This document shows positions 10,304 through 20,773 of a stretch of 64,000 bases of DNA, one piece after another (position 1 is the first letter of the stretch; every line of letters begins with the position of its first letter). The DNA comes from Candidatus Bathyarchaeota archaeon (GTDB lineage: Archaea > Thermoproteota > Bathyarchaeia > Bathyarchaeales > Bathycorpusculaceae), in assembly GCA_963707955.1 (NCBI GenBank), contig OY970176.1, positions 1,888,001-1,952,000 on the forward strand. Reading direction: 5' to 3'. The notes under the pieces were generated by a model. That model was given only the letters and a program-made list of their open reading frames with translations. It was not told the origin of the DNA and made no database searches. A program made the position numbers and the translations under genes.

Positions 10304-10554
10304 CGATCAAGTGGAAACAATGGACATATGCATCTGTTTGGCAGACATTGCGTATTTTGACCGAGTTTATGTGCGAGTATGATAAGTTCTTCATGCGCAT
10401 CTGCAATACGTGCTTTCTAGTCCTCCCATGGGCTTTAGTCTGAGATTGATAATCTGCTTGCTTTTGTTTACACCCATGTTACCGATGTAACAGTCTATGC
10501 TGACTCAGTTGGTAAGAATGTAAATTGTACGTTGGATTTAGAAGCGTCGGGTAT

Positions 10555-11298
10555 TCAGTATTTTCTGTTCAAAGAAAGAATGTATGAAAGAAAATCTCTT
10601 ATCTCGTTGATGCTTAGCTTTGATTTGCCCTTCTTTCTGTTAAGAAAAACGATTGGCGCTTCTCTTATCCTGAAGCCTCTTGCGTTGGCTTGCCTTATCG
10701 TCTCAATCTGTATTTCATAGGTCTGACTGTGCAAGTCGTTTATTATTCCTCTAACCAGCTTGGTGGAGTAACAGCGCATTCCGCTGGTGTAGTCAGATAT
10801 CTTGGCGTCCACTCTTAGCTTCGTGATGAGGTTTGCGACTTTGCTTATTAGCAAGCGCGCTATACTCCACTCTCGTGTACCGCCGCCTTGACAGTACCTG
10901 CTTCCAACGACGAGGTCGCATCCTTCTTGCATAGGAGCCAAGAGCTTGGGTATCTCTTGAGGGTTATGTGAGTAGTCAGCGTCCATCGTGATTATACATT
11001 TGGGAGGTTTTTTCACCGACAAGAAGATCCTAAACCCGGCAGTAATTGCAGTCCCAAGTCCTAGTTTCTTGCTCCTAACGAGAAGCAAAACGTTGCTGTA
11101 TTTCCTCTGGAGCTTTCTGACAAGGTCGGCTGTCCCGTCGGGACTCGAATCATCGATAACCAGTATTGAGACGTTCAGGCTTGAATTCTCCAGTTCAAGA
11201 ATCAGCTTTTCAATGTTGGCCGCTTCGCAATACGTCGGGAGTATTATCCCGATTTCAGAACTAACCTTGAGGTTTCCCTCTACGTGCGAAGACTCCAT
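10555..11298 (-). CDS. GT2 polyprenol-phosphate mannosyltransferase (DPM1-like)
   Basis: ILPTYCEAANI, IDDSSPDGT, MDADYSHNP, VVGSRY, DYTSGMR, GKSKL. Confidence 0.9.
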   Translation of the reverse strand: MESSHVEGNLKVSSEIGIILPTYCEAANIEKLILELENSSLNVSILVIDDSSPDGTADLVRKLQRKYSNVLLLVRSKKLGLGTAITAGFRIFLSVKKPPKCIITMDADYSHNPQEIPKLLAPMQEGCDLVVGSRYCQGGGTREWSIARLLISKVANLITKLRVDAKISDYTSGMRCYSTKLVRGIINDLHSQTYEIQIETIRQANARGFRIREAPIVFLNRKKGKSKLSINEIRDFLSYILSLNRKY

Positions 11299-11376
11299 TA
11301 GTGTCTATTCACCTTTCAAAGATAGCGTTCATTTGTCGCACTGGATATATAAGGTATGCTGCACTCTAGTCTGCTT

Positions 11377-12417
11377 TCACTGGCTCTTTCCAGCGCTCTT
11401 AAGCCTAATCCGGTAGTAAGCTAACGGGTGGCGTACTCTTCTGCACACCTCGTCTGGGTCTGTACATATGCCATGCGTTTGCAGAGTGTCACATCTCGGT
11501 GGGATGTACCGCGTTCTCGAGCCTGTTTCGCCGGCGATGTGTTCCACTTGGTAACGGGTCATTTTTTCGTTGAAGTCCGAAATGTTCTTGAAGAGGTCAA
11601 TGACGTTTTGCGAGGGCATTCCGATGTTTATGAGGAACGAGGTCAAGGCGAACCTTCCCACGTGTGAGATGTGGCGTCCAGATGAGAACGCCAAGTACAG
11701 CGCTGCTATGCATGGTGGGAATGCTGTTTGAACCATAACCTTCGGAAATTCTTCTATCTCGGCCTTGCCTATCTTCTCAGCTGAGAGCTTCATTATTCTT
11801 TCTGCCACGTTCATTATTTTCTTCGGAAACTCAGGCAGTTCCTTTACTTCTAGTCTTTCTTCTATATGCCTGCGCGCTTCTTCGCTCAACAATCTAGATG
11901 TTTCGTTTCCAGATAAGAAAACGGTTCCGTTGGACAAGACCCGGTTGACGAGCTTCCACTTCTTGTCGCGCAGATGAGTTGTGCTTCTCAGATAATCTTG
12001 AAAGTTTACTGCGAATTCGAGCGGGGACACGTTTCGTTGGCTGAGGGCCAGTTTCCATCCTAAGTCTGTTGCGATTTCGAGAATTTGATCTCTGTTTTCT
12101 TCTTTGAGGTCTTCGTATATCCGCTTTGCTTCGGCGAGAGCGTACCTTTTCTTGATGAAGGAATTTCCAGTTGCAACCGTCAGCATTATTGCAGCTGGAA
12201 AGGACAAAATTTCGATTTCTTCGTTGCGTGTCTTTCTGCCAACAAGCGTGTACAAAATGGCGTCCGCAACTCTCTCTTCGGCACGTTCGAGGACTCTTTC
12301 AAGTTCAGGGTTTGCTAGGTCCTCAATCTTCACGTTGAGTTTCTTTACATATTCCGTGGTTTCTTTGAGAAAAGGATATTTTGCCAGGTCGCTTTTTGCG
12401 AATCTTCCCGTGGTCAT
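11377..12417 (-). CDS. priL: DNA primase large subunit
   Basis: AKYPFL, RYALAEA, KWKLVNRVL, FPPCI, HVGRF, YIPPRCDTLQTHGIC...C...HPLAYY (Fe-S domain). Confidence 0.95.
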   Translation of the reverse strand: MTTGRFAKSDLAKYPFLKETTEYVKKLNVKIEDLANPELERVLERAEERVADAILYTLVGRKTRNEEIEILSFPAAIMLTVATGNSFIKKRYALAEAKRIYEDLKEENRDQILEIATDLGWKLALSQRNVSPLEFAVNFQDYLRSTTHLRDKKWKLVNRVLSNGTVFLSGNETSRLLSEEARRHIEERLEVKELPEFPKKIMNVAERIMKLSAEKIGKAEIEEFPKVMVQTAFPPCIAALYLAFSSGRHISHVGRFALTSFLINIGMPSQNVIDLFKNISDFNEKMTRYQVEHIAGETGSRTRYIPPRCDTLQTHGICTDPDEVCRRVRHPLAYYRIRLKSAGKSQ

Positions 12418-12436
12418 CTGCTCTTCGTTTTTCGTC

Positions 12437-13201
12437 TCATTCTGTCTCTATTCTCGGCGCTAGGAAGAACGTTAGTTTTCCTTCTTTTGCCTGCTGGAAA
12501 TCCAGCCTTATGGGCATGTCCGAAGAGAATTCGAGTGTAGCTATGTCCGACGTTGCAGATGCCGCCTTTATTATCTCTGTCAGGTAACTGAGGCTGAAGG
12601 TTGCTTTCTGCGCTTCCTTAGCTTCTAGGTCCAGCAGCATGTCGCTTCCTTTTTGCAGAGTGATAGTTGCACCCATGAGGTCGCCCGACGCGTTGAAAAC
12701 CAGTTTTTCAGGGTCTGCTTCAATCTTAACATGGTCGCTTACGAGTTGAGCGTCCTCTATCGCTTGGCTCAAGCCTTCAGTCGTAGCCTTTGCTTTCACG
12801 TTGAAGGTGATCTTCGGCGTTGGCACTTCTTCTTCTGAGGCTTCAAGCGTGGGCATCGTAAAGTTTCGCGTGTATTTTCCCGCCATTGCGATTTGTAGAC
12901 GCCCCGTTTTTTCGTCAAGAGAAAGCTCCACTGTTTCGCCCTTGCCTGCTCTTTTGAGAAGTTTCAGCAGTTCTGTTATGTTGATGCACATTTTTGTCGG
13001 CTCAGTACACACGTATTCCTCGAAGACGGTTTTGGGCCATTCGAAGTCGATCATGGCGACTCGTGAAGGATCCATCGCTCTAAGCTTCAAGCCGTCCTGG
13101 TCGAGCTTGAACGTGGCTTCGTCCACGAGGATGGAAATAGACGTGATCATGTCCCTCAGAAGTCTGGCATCAGCTACTTTGAGTTTGAACACCGAGATCA
13201 C
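12437..13201 (-). CDS. pcn: PCNA sliding clamp
   Basis: LRAMDPSRVAMID, FSLSYL, FFLAPRIE. Confidence 0.97.
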   Translation of the reverse strand: MISVFKLKVADARLLRDMITSISILVDEATFKLDQDGLKLRAMDPSRVAMIDFEWPKTVFEEYVCTEPTKMCINITELLKLLKRAGKGETVELSLDEKTGRLQIAMAGKYTRNFTMPTLEASEEEVPTPKITFNVKAKATTEGLSQAIEDAQLVSDHVKIEADPEKLVFNASGDLMGATITLQKGSDMLLDLEAKEAQKATFSLSYLTEIIKAASATSDIATLEFSSDMPIRLDFQQAKEGKLTFFLAPRIETE

Positions 13202-13401
13202 CTTTGTATCGGATATGCTCGGTGGCTAATAAAAGACTTTACACACTTAAGCATGACGCTGAGCGAAAGAATCATGCGCTAGTTGCCTCATTACTAGACT
13301 CGGTTGTTGTGCCTGCAATGTTGTAGAGGATTTATTCCGAACCGCTACTTCTTTATCAGACTACAGCGCGCGCGATGGGTTTCAGCAAAAGAGTTGCGTT
13401 T

Positions 13402-13736
13402 CTAGGTCTTGCTTGTTTTCTTTGTGTTTTCCTGTATTCTGACTATGTCAGCTAAATGTGGAGTTGATACTTCAAACAATATCGACTCTTTTTTTCCTAT
13501 TATGGTGTGAATAGTCTTTGGAATAGCGTTATGTCCTCGTCTTCTCTTAGCGTGACTGTTTTGTCAGTCAATATGATGTCTACCAGGCCTTTGAAACAGT
13601 AAGTTGTCTCTTTCTTATCCTTATGATAATGTTGAAAGGTGCTCTTGTTTTCTCTAATTATCAGGATTTTTCCACCATACTCTGCTTCTTCAGCTATCCA
13701 AAGCTCCTTGCCCCAATCTTTCAAGATCTGCCTCAA
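13402..13736 (-). pseudogene. Frameshifted cupin (mannose-6-phosphate isomerase-like)
   Basis: KDWGKELW...YGGKIL...HYHKDKKET in one frame. After a 1-nt shift at ~13521 the motif continues PKTIHTIIGKKESILFEVSTPHLADIVRI to a TAG at 13402. Confidence 0.75.
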
Positions 13737-14105
13737 ATACAGCCCTCATACAGGAAATTCTATGGCTAAAGTGTCTTAAAAACTCAAACGTGCATCGATC
13801 GATGGTGTGCAGGTCGTATCAGACTAGACTATTTGTTCAAAAGCTTTGTTTTTGCTTCTTCCTTTTTCTTTGTTCCAGACTTCATCATGGATCGTCCTAA
13901 TAGAATGCCATAGTGCTCGCAAACAACTTCGGAGGAACAGCCCCATAACAAAGACTCTGAAACCCTGTCTCACTTTCTAATGGCTACTTGAGGAGCTAAG
14001 CAATTCGAGGCTCTGACCATCGTCTTTGGGCGCGCCTCAGAGAAAACTAGCTTTCTAAGCTCAGAAGCCACTATTAGAATCTTCCTCTAGCTTGAAAACC
14101 GGAGT

Positions 14106-14459
14106 TCAGCTGTATTCTCTGAATGTGTAGTTGCATTTTGTGCAGCGCAGGAACTGGGTCGAGGACTCGTCTGCGCCTCTTGTCTGCACTTGCCAGACGT
14201 ATGCCAAGTTGTTTCCGCACTTGGGGCATTCGATCCTGACGGTTGGCAACGTTCTCAGTTTCTGTTCTTCCTTTCCTATTACTGCCACAAGCTGCTGTGG
14301 TCTGTGCTGGATCACCTTCGCAACTTTTGGTTCCACTTTTTTGCTAGAAGCGTGTTTTCTATAGCCGCATTTGGGACAAGCCAACATCAATGATCTTTCC
14401 TTTCCCGTCTTCGCTTTTCTCGGTGCGAGTCGAGAACCGCATTTTGGACAAAATTCCAT
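14106..14459 (-). CDS. tfs: Transcription factor S (TFS / RpoM-like)
   Basis: MEFCPKCGS...CPKCG and CPKCGN...QVQTRGADESSTQFLRCTKC; start moved to the ATG at 14459. Confidence 0.95.
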   Translation of the reverse strand: MEFCPKCGSRLAPRKAKTGKERSLMLACPKCGYRKHASSKKVEPKVAKVIQHRPQQLVAVIGKEEQKLRTLPTVRIECPKCGNNLAYVWQVQTRGADESSTQFLRCTKCNYTFREYS

Positions 14460-14539
14460 CGAAATTTTCACCGCTGTCCGTTTCATTAGCCTTAGCAGAG
14501 TCTCTTTTAAATCTTTTCTCGTTAGAATCAATACCAAGA

Positions 14540-15127
14540 CTAAAGTCTGTTTATACCAGAGGCGATGAGATGGGCCACGCGCAGGGCCTCTGGAACGTTG
14601 CTTCGAGTGGAGGTCAGCTGCACTATCTTCCTCGCATCGTCTTCGAGAATTCCGCAGATTTCCATGAATGCCTTTTCGCCTTTTCTTCTAGTGCTCACTT
14701 CAAAAATCTCTCCCGCGTTCATAATGGCTTTCCACCGTTTCTCGGGCGATCGCAGATTCTTCAACGCCTTGCGTATGTCATCGAAGTCAGGTTTGTTCCT
14801 CGTAACCGCGATTACTGGGAGCCTTGTTTCAGCATTGAGCTTCTTCATGTCAACCACGTTGAAACCGCCAACCGTTATTCCATCGAGCATTATGACTCTT
14901 AACTGCTCGTAATGCGGAGAGTTGACTATCATTGTGGCTATTTTGTCTGTAGCGTCAAAGCCGTCGACTTCGACTTTGGTGCTCATTACTCCGTCGAGCC
15001 AGTATCCTCCGCGAAAAACGACGCCGATGACGGGGGCAGAGCCTCTTGAGTGGGGAATGAAGACTCCGTCATCGACCCCTAGAACACGAATCTCCTGTTT
15101 GATTGCACGGAATTTCTTCAGGGGCAA
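14540..15127 (-). CDS. DUF99-family (endonuclease V-like) protein
   Basis: RVLGVDDG, VGVVFRGG-like, VDGFDAT, MLDGITVGGFNVVD, PEALRVAHLIA. Confidence 0.88.
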   Translation of the reverse strand: MPLKKFRAIKQEIRVLGVDDGVFIPHSRGSAPVIGVVFRGGYWLDGVMSTKVEVDGFDATDKIATMIVNSPHYEQLRVIMLDGITVGGFNVVDMKKLNAETRLPVIAVTRNKPDFDDIRKALKNLRSPEKRWKAIMNAGEIFEVSTRRKGEKAFMEICGILEDDARKIVQLTSTRSNVPEALRVAHLIASGINRL

Positions 15128-15215
15128 AACGATTCCTCAAGAGAAGCTCGTGGAAATATGGGGAAAGGAGGCGTTATAAGCTTAGTGAAGAATACTCCTG
15201 ACTGGAGGCTGTAAC

Positions 15216-15610
15216 TTGACCAAAGGTTGTAGAGCGCTTTGTTTTGCATGGCCTCGCAGAAACCTTAACGAAGTCCTGATTGATCACGCGTTGGCGTCCC
15301 TTGGAGATTCATACGTGAATTTTGTTTACTCACTTGCCATATCCAATAGAAAGGGCAGCCTCTTGGGCACAAAGGTGAAAGGAAGCGTTCTGGCGGAGGC
15401 TCTGAGGAAGGCTGGGCTTAGAGAATCTTTGCCGTCAGGAATGTTGAGACACGGCTTGCTGATGGCGGAGAAGCATTGATAGTTTATGCTTGGCTCAGCG
15501 CTGGGTCAGCTTGGACGAAAGTGTGGCGATGATTGGGAGGAAGAGTGATCCTGTTGAGGGCCTAAGCGAGACTGCTTGCAAATATAAAAGGCAGAATCAC
15601 TTTTCCTTGA
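15216..15610 (+). pseudogene. Archaeal ribonuclease III-like protein, disrupted by about three frameshifts
   Basis: DHALASLGDSYVNFVYSLA...LAEALRKAGL, then LADGGEALIVYAWL in another frame (~15453), then VSLDESVAM and ARLLANIKGRITFP* in further frames. Confidence 0.7.
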
Positions 15611-15881
15611 GGCTTTTGGCTAGCTCTTTGCCGAATTCTTTGTTTATGGTCCGCGTTTTTTCTATAGCATTCCGCAATACTTGCTCAGGCTTCATTTTGC
15701 CCTTCGTGCGCACATAGATTATTGGGTTCGAAGCTAAAGGATGCGGGATGTCATAGCCGGCCATGTCTACGCTGTCCTCCTCCAAGAGCTCTTTTTGCAG
15801 CAGGTTGCAAATCGTGTGGCCGGCGCCTTCCACTTCGATCTTGAGCTCGTTTGAGGTCTTTTTGAGCACGTTAACTTTCAT
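15597..15881 (-). CDS. rpoL: RNA polymerase subunit L (Rpo11)
   Basis: IEVEGAGHTICNLL, MAGYDIPHPL; start taken at MKVNVL. Confidence 0.95.
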   Translation of the reverse strand: MKVNVLKKTSNELKIEVEGAGHTICNLLQKELLEEDSVDMAGYDIPHPLASNPIIYVRTKGKMKPEQVLRNAIEKTRTINKEFGKELAKSLKEK

Positions 15882-16485
15882 TTTCCTCTTCACCCTTCCT
15901 GCGCTCGATTAATCCTTTTCCATAGTCTGCTGCGGTCTTGCGTCTCTCAAGCCGCCCACACTTTGGGCAGTGCATGCCTTGTCTTCTCTGTTCGAGTAGC
16001 GTTCCACAGTTTGAGCAGAAAGCATAGATCACGCCTAAATTTCTGTCCTTGGTCGACAGATGGTAGGTTCTGTTCTTTTCGCTGATCACCTTTGCCCTTA
16101 CGATGTCGCCGGGCTTGCACACGTCAAACATCGAATCGACGTACCTCATGTTAGCATCTGAGATGTGTAGTATGCCCATGAAACCGCTGGAAACTTCCTC
16201 GGCGTCTATTTCAAAAATGCGCATTCCTGCGGTTTCAGACTGCGCGCTTGCAACTTGCCCCACAACGGTGCTTCCTGTAATGGGCACCTTTGCCCCGTGG
16301 GTCAATTGATGAACTGTGACACGTTTGTGTGCCAGATCGATCAAGACGCGGCCGACGACTTTGGAATAGATCACTCCGTCTTTCACGAATGTTCCGGCAT
16401 CGGGAGTGAACTCTTCGATCACGCCTAGGCGTTCGCCTGGCAAGGCCAGTTGACCAGTCTTAGGTTCGGTGGACTTTGCACTCAT
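15871..16485 (-). CDS. csl4: Exosome RNA-binding subunit Csl4
   Basis: LPGERLGVIEEF, S1 domain (GILHIS, KPGDIVRAKV), LGVIYAFCSNCG...CPKCG...RK. Confidence 0.95.
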   Translation of the reverse strand: MSAKSTEPKTGQLALPGERLGVIEEFTPDAGTFVKDGVIYSKVVGRVLIDLAHKRVTVHQLTHGAKVPITGSTVVGQVASAQSETAGMRIFEIDAEEVSSGFMGILHISDANMRYVDSMFDVCKPGDIVRAKVISEKNRTYHLSTKDRNLGVIYAFCSNCGTLLEQRRQGMHCPKCGRLERRKTAADYGKGLIERRKGEEENES

Positions 16486-16507
16486 TGGAAATCCCTGTTC
16501 ATCGCTA

Positions 16508-16557
16508 AGTTGGCTCGCACGTCAGATGCTTGCGCATTGCTGAGCGTGCCGTCAACT
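16508..16557 (-). ncRNA. Putative structured RNA (long bulged hairpin with GCAA tetraloop) in the csl4 leader
   Basis: About 20 bp can be paired by eye; the minus-strand loop is ATGC-GCAA-GCAT. TATA-like TTTATT ~30 nt upstream on the same strand. Confidence 0.4.
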
Positions 16558-16603
16558 AAACAGTTATAACTGTTCTTTCTACGCTTATCAATAAACCTTT
16601 TGA

Positions 16604-17311
16604 TTAGCGCGCATCATGAACAGGTTGCCTTCTGTGCACGACGTACAGGTCGACTAGAAACTCATGCCTCTCTTCTGTGTGGAAGCTGAACATGTGTGGG
16701 AGAGTCATTAACAAGGCATAAACAGCTTCTATTCTTCCACCGTTTTCTTCGATGAACTTTTTCATGAAAGAAGACGGGGGAACCGCGACCGCACCATCGC
16801 TGCTCTTTCTCAGTCTCTTGGCAAACGTCGAATCTCCACGGGGCCTTTTGTGAAGAGAATAGGCGACTCTTCCCAATTCTAAGGCTTTGGCTAGAAACTT
16901 TCTGTCAGCCCCTCTTTTTTGAACTCCGAAGGGCGGGTTCTCTAGAACCGTGTCAAAACATCCTCGAACAGAATCAACGTCTGCAACAACCCACTGCGTC
17001 CTCTCCTTCACACCTGTTGCCACAGCGCTTTCAAAGGCCGCTTTCACTGCAGTTTTGTCCAGATCTACGCCTACAACCTCTTTCGCGCCTAATAGAGCAG
17101 CTCCGATGGCCAGCCTGCCCGTGCCGCAACCCAGGTCCAAAACGGTCCTGTCAACGATGTCCCCGTTTGAGTAGGCAGCAATGTAAAGCATCGTTGCCGC
17201 CGTGTCAGCTGAAATGGTGTACTGCTCAAAGTTAGGTGTGGGCGCAGGGTGAGGCTTGATTTTTGAGAGCATCATCTCTAATTCTAGTTTTCGAGCAAAC
17301 CTCTTTTGCAT
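16604..17311 (-). CDS. METTL5-family methyltransferase
   Basis: [40 protein letters not shown]. Confidence 0.92.
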   Translation of the reverse strand: MQKRFARKLELEMMLSKIKPHPAPTPNFEQYTISADTAATMLYIAAYSNGDIVDRTVLDLGCGTGRLAIGAALLGAKEVVGVDLDKTAVKAAFESAVATGVKERTQWVVADVDSVRGCFDTVLENPPFGVQKRGADRKFLAKALELGRVAYSLHKRPRGDSTFAKRLRKSSDGAVAVPPSSFMKKFIEENGGRIEAVYALLMTLPHMFSFHTEERHEFLVDLYVVHRRQPVHDAR

Positions 17312-18285
17312 AATTCTTCCCAGGGCAGTTCACCAACGACGACTAAGGTTTCATTCTTGGTCAAAATTGGCTTTCGGAAATTGGCGGAGTCATCAAGAGA
17401 AATTCTTGGGCAGGCCGTGTTGACGAACGCGTCGATCGTTGGAAATTCCATGAGTGCTTCTGGGGTGATTTCTCTAGCTGCTAGGAGATATGCTGTCTTC
17501 CCGTTCCCTTCAAGCTTCTCTTTGACCTGCAGAGCTTCTTCGAGCCTTCTCTGTCCAGGCTTTATCCCAAGCAGAACCCCGAAGTTCTTCGCTTCCTTTG
17601 CGTCTTCTATCATAGCCCATCGCTGCTTGAAGATTTTCTCCGCTTCTTTGTCAACAGAAAACGAAGTGTCATCGAAGGGGTCAGCAACAACTGTTGGCTT
17701 TGAGGTTGAAAGAGCCACGCCCAAAGCGTGGAATTGTCCTCCGCCGATGACGAGAAAAGCTTCAACATCCTTCGCTATCGAGATCGCGTTGCTGTAGTCG
17801 CACCCTATGACCTGGCCAGGATAGTTTAAGCGTCTGGTGTCGCCTACCATAACGGTCTTGCCTGAGCGAACGAGGGTTTCTCTGACTTCGTCGAGGGTTT
17901 GAACGTGTTGAACGGTTGTAGCCAACCCTATGTTATGCCATTTCTTCAGCAGCGGGAGAGCCTTTTCGACAGCAGAGTTTACGTTAACGGCTGCACGGGC
18001 TTCAACGTAAAGTGTTGGAACGCGTTCATACCTAACGATCTTTGAGTGTCCATAATGGATTATCAAGTCTACGCCCAAGCTTTCAGCTTCAGCTATCGCC
18101 AAATCGCACGCACCATAGCAAGGGTCTGCAGAGACTATGGGTAGCACACCGAACTTTTCGACGGTCTTTGCGATGTGTGGAGCTTCGGGTTTTAAGCCCT
18201 CCGGGAGTTGGATCAGGACGCGTTTTGCGCCGAGTTTGAGAATTTCCTGTTTGACCCTCTCCTCTTCTAGGTCAAACTGTCTCAT
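17284..18285 (-). CDS. dph2: Diphthamide biosynthesis enzyme Dph2
   Basis: [38 protein letters not shown] (three Fe-S cysteines). Confidence 0.95.
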   Translation of the reverse strand: MRQFDLEEERVKQEILKLGAKRVLIQLPEGLKPEAPHIAKTVEKFGVLPIVSADPCYGACDLAIAEAESLGVDLIIHYGHSKIVRYERVPTLYVEARAAVNVNSAVEKALPLLKKWHNIGLATTVQHVQTLDEVRETLVRSGKTVMVGDTRRLNYPGQVIGCDYSNAISIAKDVEAFLVIGGGQFHALGVALSTSKPTVVADPFDDTSFSVDKEAEKIFKQRWAMIEDAKEAKNFGVLLGIKPGQRRLEEALQVKEKLEGNGKTAYLLAAREITPEALMEFPTIDAFVNTACPRISLDDSANFRKPILTKNETLVVVGELPWEELCKRGLLEN

Positions 18286-18330
18286 GCGAACACACCCTAA
18301 GTCATGGGCAGGAATGAGCCGAGGTAACTC

Positions 18331-20772
18331 TTACGGTGTCCATTCCCAAGGTTGAACCGGTTTTCGCACTGCGTGCCCAAGGGCTTTTTCGTTCAGTTCA
18401 GCAAGTCGTTCTAGAATTATCTTCTGCTCTATACTTGCGACAAGCTTCCTAGTGGCTACCACTGCATCATTGTTTACCGAGATGCTGTCGATTCCGTTTC
18501 TCACGAGGAATTCTGCGAAGTCAGGCAGGTTTGATGGGCCTTCCCCGCATATGGATACGGTGGCCCCGTTCTCATGGGCAACTCTGATCAGATGCGCGAT
18601 TATTCTTTCCACGGCTGGGTCTCTCTCATCGAAGTATCCCATCTGCCCCAAACGTTCTGAGTCTCTGTCGATCATCAGTATGCCTTGGGTCATGTCGTTT
18701 GAGCCTATCGAGAACCCGTCGGCAAGTTTTGAGAATTCATCAGCCAGTATGGCGATTGAGGGTGTTTCAGCCATGAACCAGACTTTGAAGTCTTTTGATC
18801 TTTCCAAGCCTTCTTGTCGCATGATTTCAAGAACTGCCTTGGCTTCCCACAGAGTGCGCACAACTGGAAGCATGACATACACGTTTTTCAGTCCCCACTC
18901 TTTTCTGCATTTGATTATGGCCTGGCATTCAAGTCTGAACGCCTTTTCATACCATTGGCTTACGTAGCGGCTGCAGCCTCTCCAGCCCAGCATAGGATTT
19001 GCTTCAATGATCTCGTATTTCTCGCCGCCTTTCAGTTCTCTGTACTCGTTAGTCTTGAAGTCGCTGAAGCGTACCACCACTGGACGTGGCTGTATTGCCC
19101 TTGCGACTGTCGCTACTCCTTCTGCGAGTTTATCGACAAATTGTTGGCTTTTTCCGGTTTCTACAAATTGCATTGGGTGTTCTCCGATGTAGCTAGCTAG
19201 AATGAACTCTATGCGCATCAGTCCGATGCCCTCGAAGGGCAGGTCTTTGTAATCCGCAACCTTCTCCGGCACGCCTAAGTTCATGTAGATCTTGGTCGCC
19301 GTTGTTGGCACGGCTTGGAATGTGCCTGCACCGACACCAGCTTGGCCTGCAGCGGCGGTGCTCGCAGATGAAAGCTGTGCAGTTAATGTTTGAAGCGCGC
19401 CTTCGTAGACCACACCGCTTCTTGAGTCCACAGTGTACTCCTTTCCTGTGACCATTACCTGCGTGGCCTTCTCGGTTCCCACGACGCATGGGATGCCCAG
19501 TTCACGGCTCACTATAGCCGCGTGACAGGTTACTCCACCTTTGTCGGTGACTATCGCGCCTGCTAGTTTCATGAACGGCACATAGTCAGGGTTGGTCATG
19601 TCCGTGACGAGTATGTCGCCTTTCTTCATGACTTTGGCAGCTTCCTGTGGGTCCGCCACGATTTTGGCGATGCCTATGCCGTAGCCTCGTTTGCCAGCGG
19701 CGATTCCTTTGATAACGACCTTCAATTCCGGTTTCGCTTCTGCTGCCTCGCTTTTTGCTGGGGCCTCCGCCAACTTCGCGCTCCAAACTGTTTCAGGCCT
19801 TGATTGAGTCATGAACACGTTGTCCGGAAACTCGATGTCCCCGTCTATTGCAAACTCGATGTCTTGCGGTTTCCCATAATGCTTCTCGATTCGTTCCGCC
19901 AATTCTGCAAGCTTGGCTATCTCCTGATCGCTAATACAGGGCAACTGTTGCTTTTCCAAGGGCACCTCTTCATGTATAGTGTGCCCTGTCTTTGGATCCC
20001 TGACATATTGGACAGTTTTCTTGACTATTCGTCTCTCAATTATCTTCATTGACTCCTTGTGAACGACGAAGTCGTCAGGCGTGACAGACCCTGAAACAAC
20101 TGCTTCGCCTAGACCGTAGTTGCCCTCTATAACTATCTGACTTGTGTCGCCCGTTACAGGGTTCAGCGTGAAGATGACGCCTGCAGCCTTGGAATTCACC
20201 ATCTTCTGTACTCCGACGCTTATGAAGACTTTCTCATGTGCAAAACCTTTCTCGTTGCGGTAAAAGATTGCACGTGGAGTGAATAGGTTGGACCAGCATT
20301 TCACAGTGTTTAGGAGAACGTTTTTGACTCCTCTCGTGTTCAAAAACGTTTCTTGCTGCCCAGCGAAAGATGCGTCTGCCAAGTCTTCCGCTGTGGCGCT
20401 TGACCTGACAGCAACGAATGGTTCTTTAACGTTGATTTTCTTGCTTAGCTCTTCATAGGCAACTCTGATGGCGTTTTCAATCTCTTTAGGCATTGACGTT
20501 GCTTCGATTAGCTCACGGATTTTCTTTGAGGCCAACTCGTATTGCCCAGGGTCGTTTACGTCGGTTACTGTTTCGTCTATGATCTCATAGATCTTTGCGG
20601 CAATCTTCGTGTCTTCAATGAATTTCTTGTAGGCGTAGGCTGTTATGGCGAATCCGGGTGGGACAGGTATGCCTGCGCTCGTCATTTCGCCGAGGTTGGC
20701 GTTTTTTCCTCCCACGGACGGGATGTCTGTTTTTCTCAGGTTTTCAAACCATATCACTAAGTCTGTTCTCAT
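18331..20772 (-). CDS. ppsA: Phosphoenolpyruvate synthase
   Basis: VGGKNANLGEM, AVRSSATAEDL, GGVTCHAAIVSRELG phospho-His, EANPMLGWRG, GFSIGSND; start taken at MRTDLV. Confidence 0.97.
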   Translation of the reverse strand: MRTDLVIWFENLRKTDIPSVGGKNANLGEMTSAGIPVPPGFAITAYAYKKFIEDTKIAAKIYEIIDETVTDVNDPGQYELASKKIRELIEATSMPKEIENAIRVAYEELSKKINVKEPFVAVRSSATAEDLADASFAGQQETFLNTRGVKNVLLNTVKCWSNLFTPRAIFYRNEKGFAHEKVFISVGVQKMVNSKAAGVIFTLNPVTGDTSQIVIEGNYGLGEAVVSGSVTPDDFVVHKESMKIIERRIVKKTVQYVRDPKTGHTIHEEVPLEKQQLPCISDQEIAKLAELAERIEKHYGKPQDIEFAIDGDIEFPDNVFMTQSRPETVWSAKLAEAPAKSEAAEAKPELKVVIKGIAAGKRGYGIGIAKIVADPQEAAKVMKKGDILVTDMTNPDYVPFMKLAGAIVTDKGGVTCHAAIVSRELGIPCVVGTEKATQVMVTGKEYTVDSRSGVVYEGALQTLTAQLSSASTAAAGQAGVGAGTFQAVPTTATKIYMNLGVPEKVADYKDLPFEGIGLMRIEFILASYIGEHPMQFVETGKSQQFVDKLAEGVATVARAIQPRPVVVRFSDFKTNEYRELKGGEKYEIIEANPMLGWRGCSRYVSQWYEKAFRLECQAIIKCRKEWGLKNVYVMLPVVRTLWEAKAVLEIMRQEGLERSKDFKVWFMAETPSIAILADEFSKLADGFSIGSNDMTQGILMIDRDSERLGQMGYFDERDPAVERIIAHLIRVAHENGATVSICGEGPSNLPDFAEFLVRNGIDSISVNNDAVVATRKLVASIEQKIILERLAELNEKALGHAVRKPVQPWEWTP

Positions 20773-20773
20773 T

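Noticed and set aside
16508-16557. Hairpin as an integron attC site
   Set aside because: The ends read GTT...AAC on both strands, the reverse of the RYYYAAC...GTTRRRY order, and it lies between core genes.
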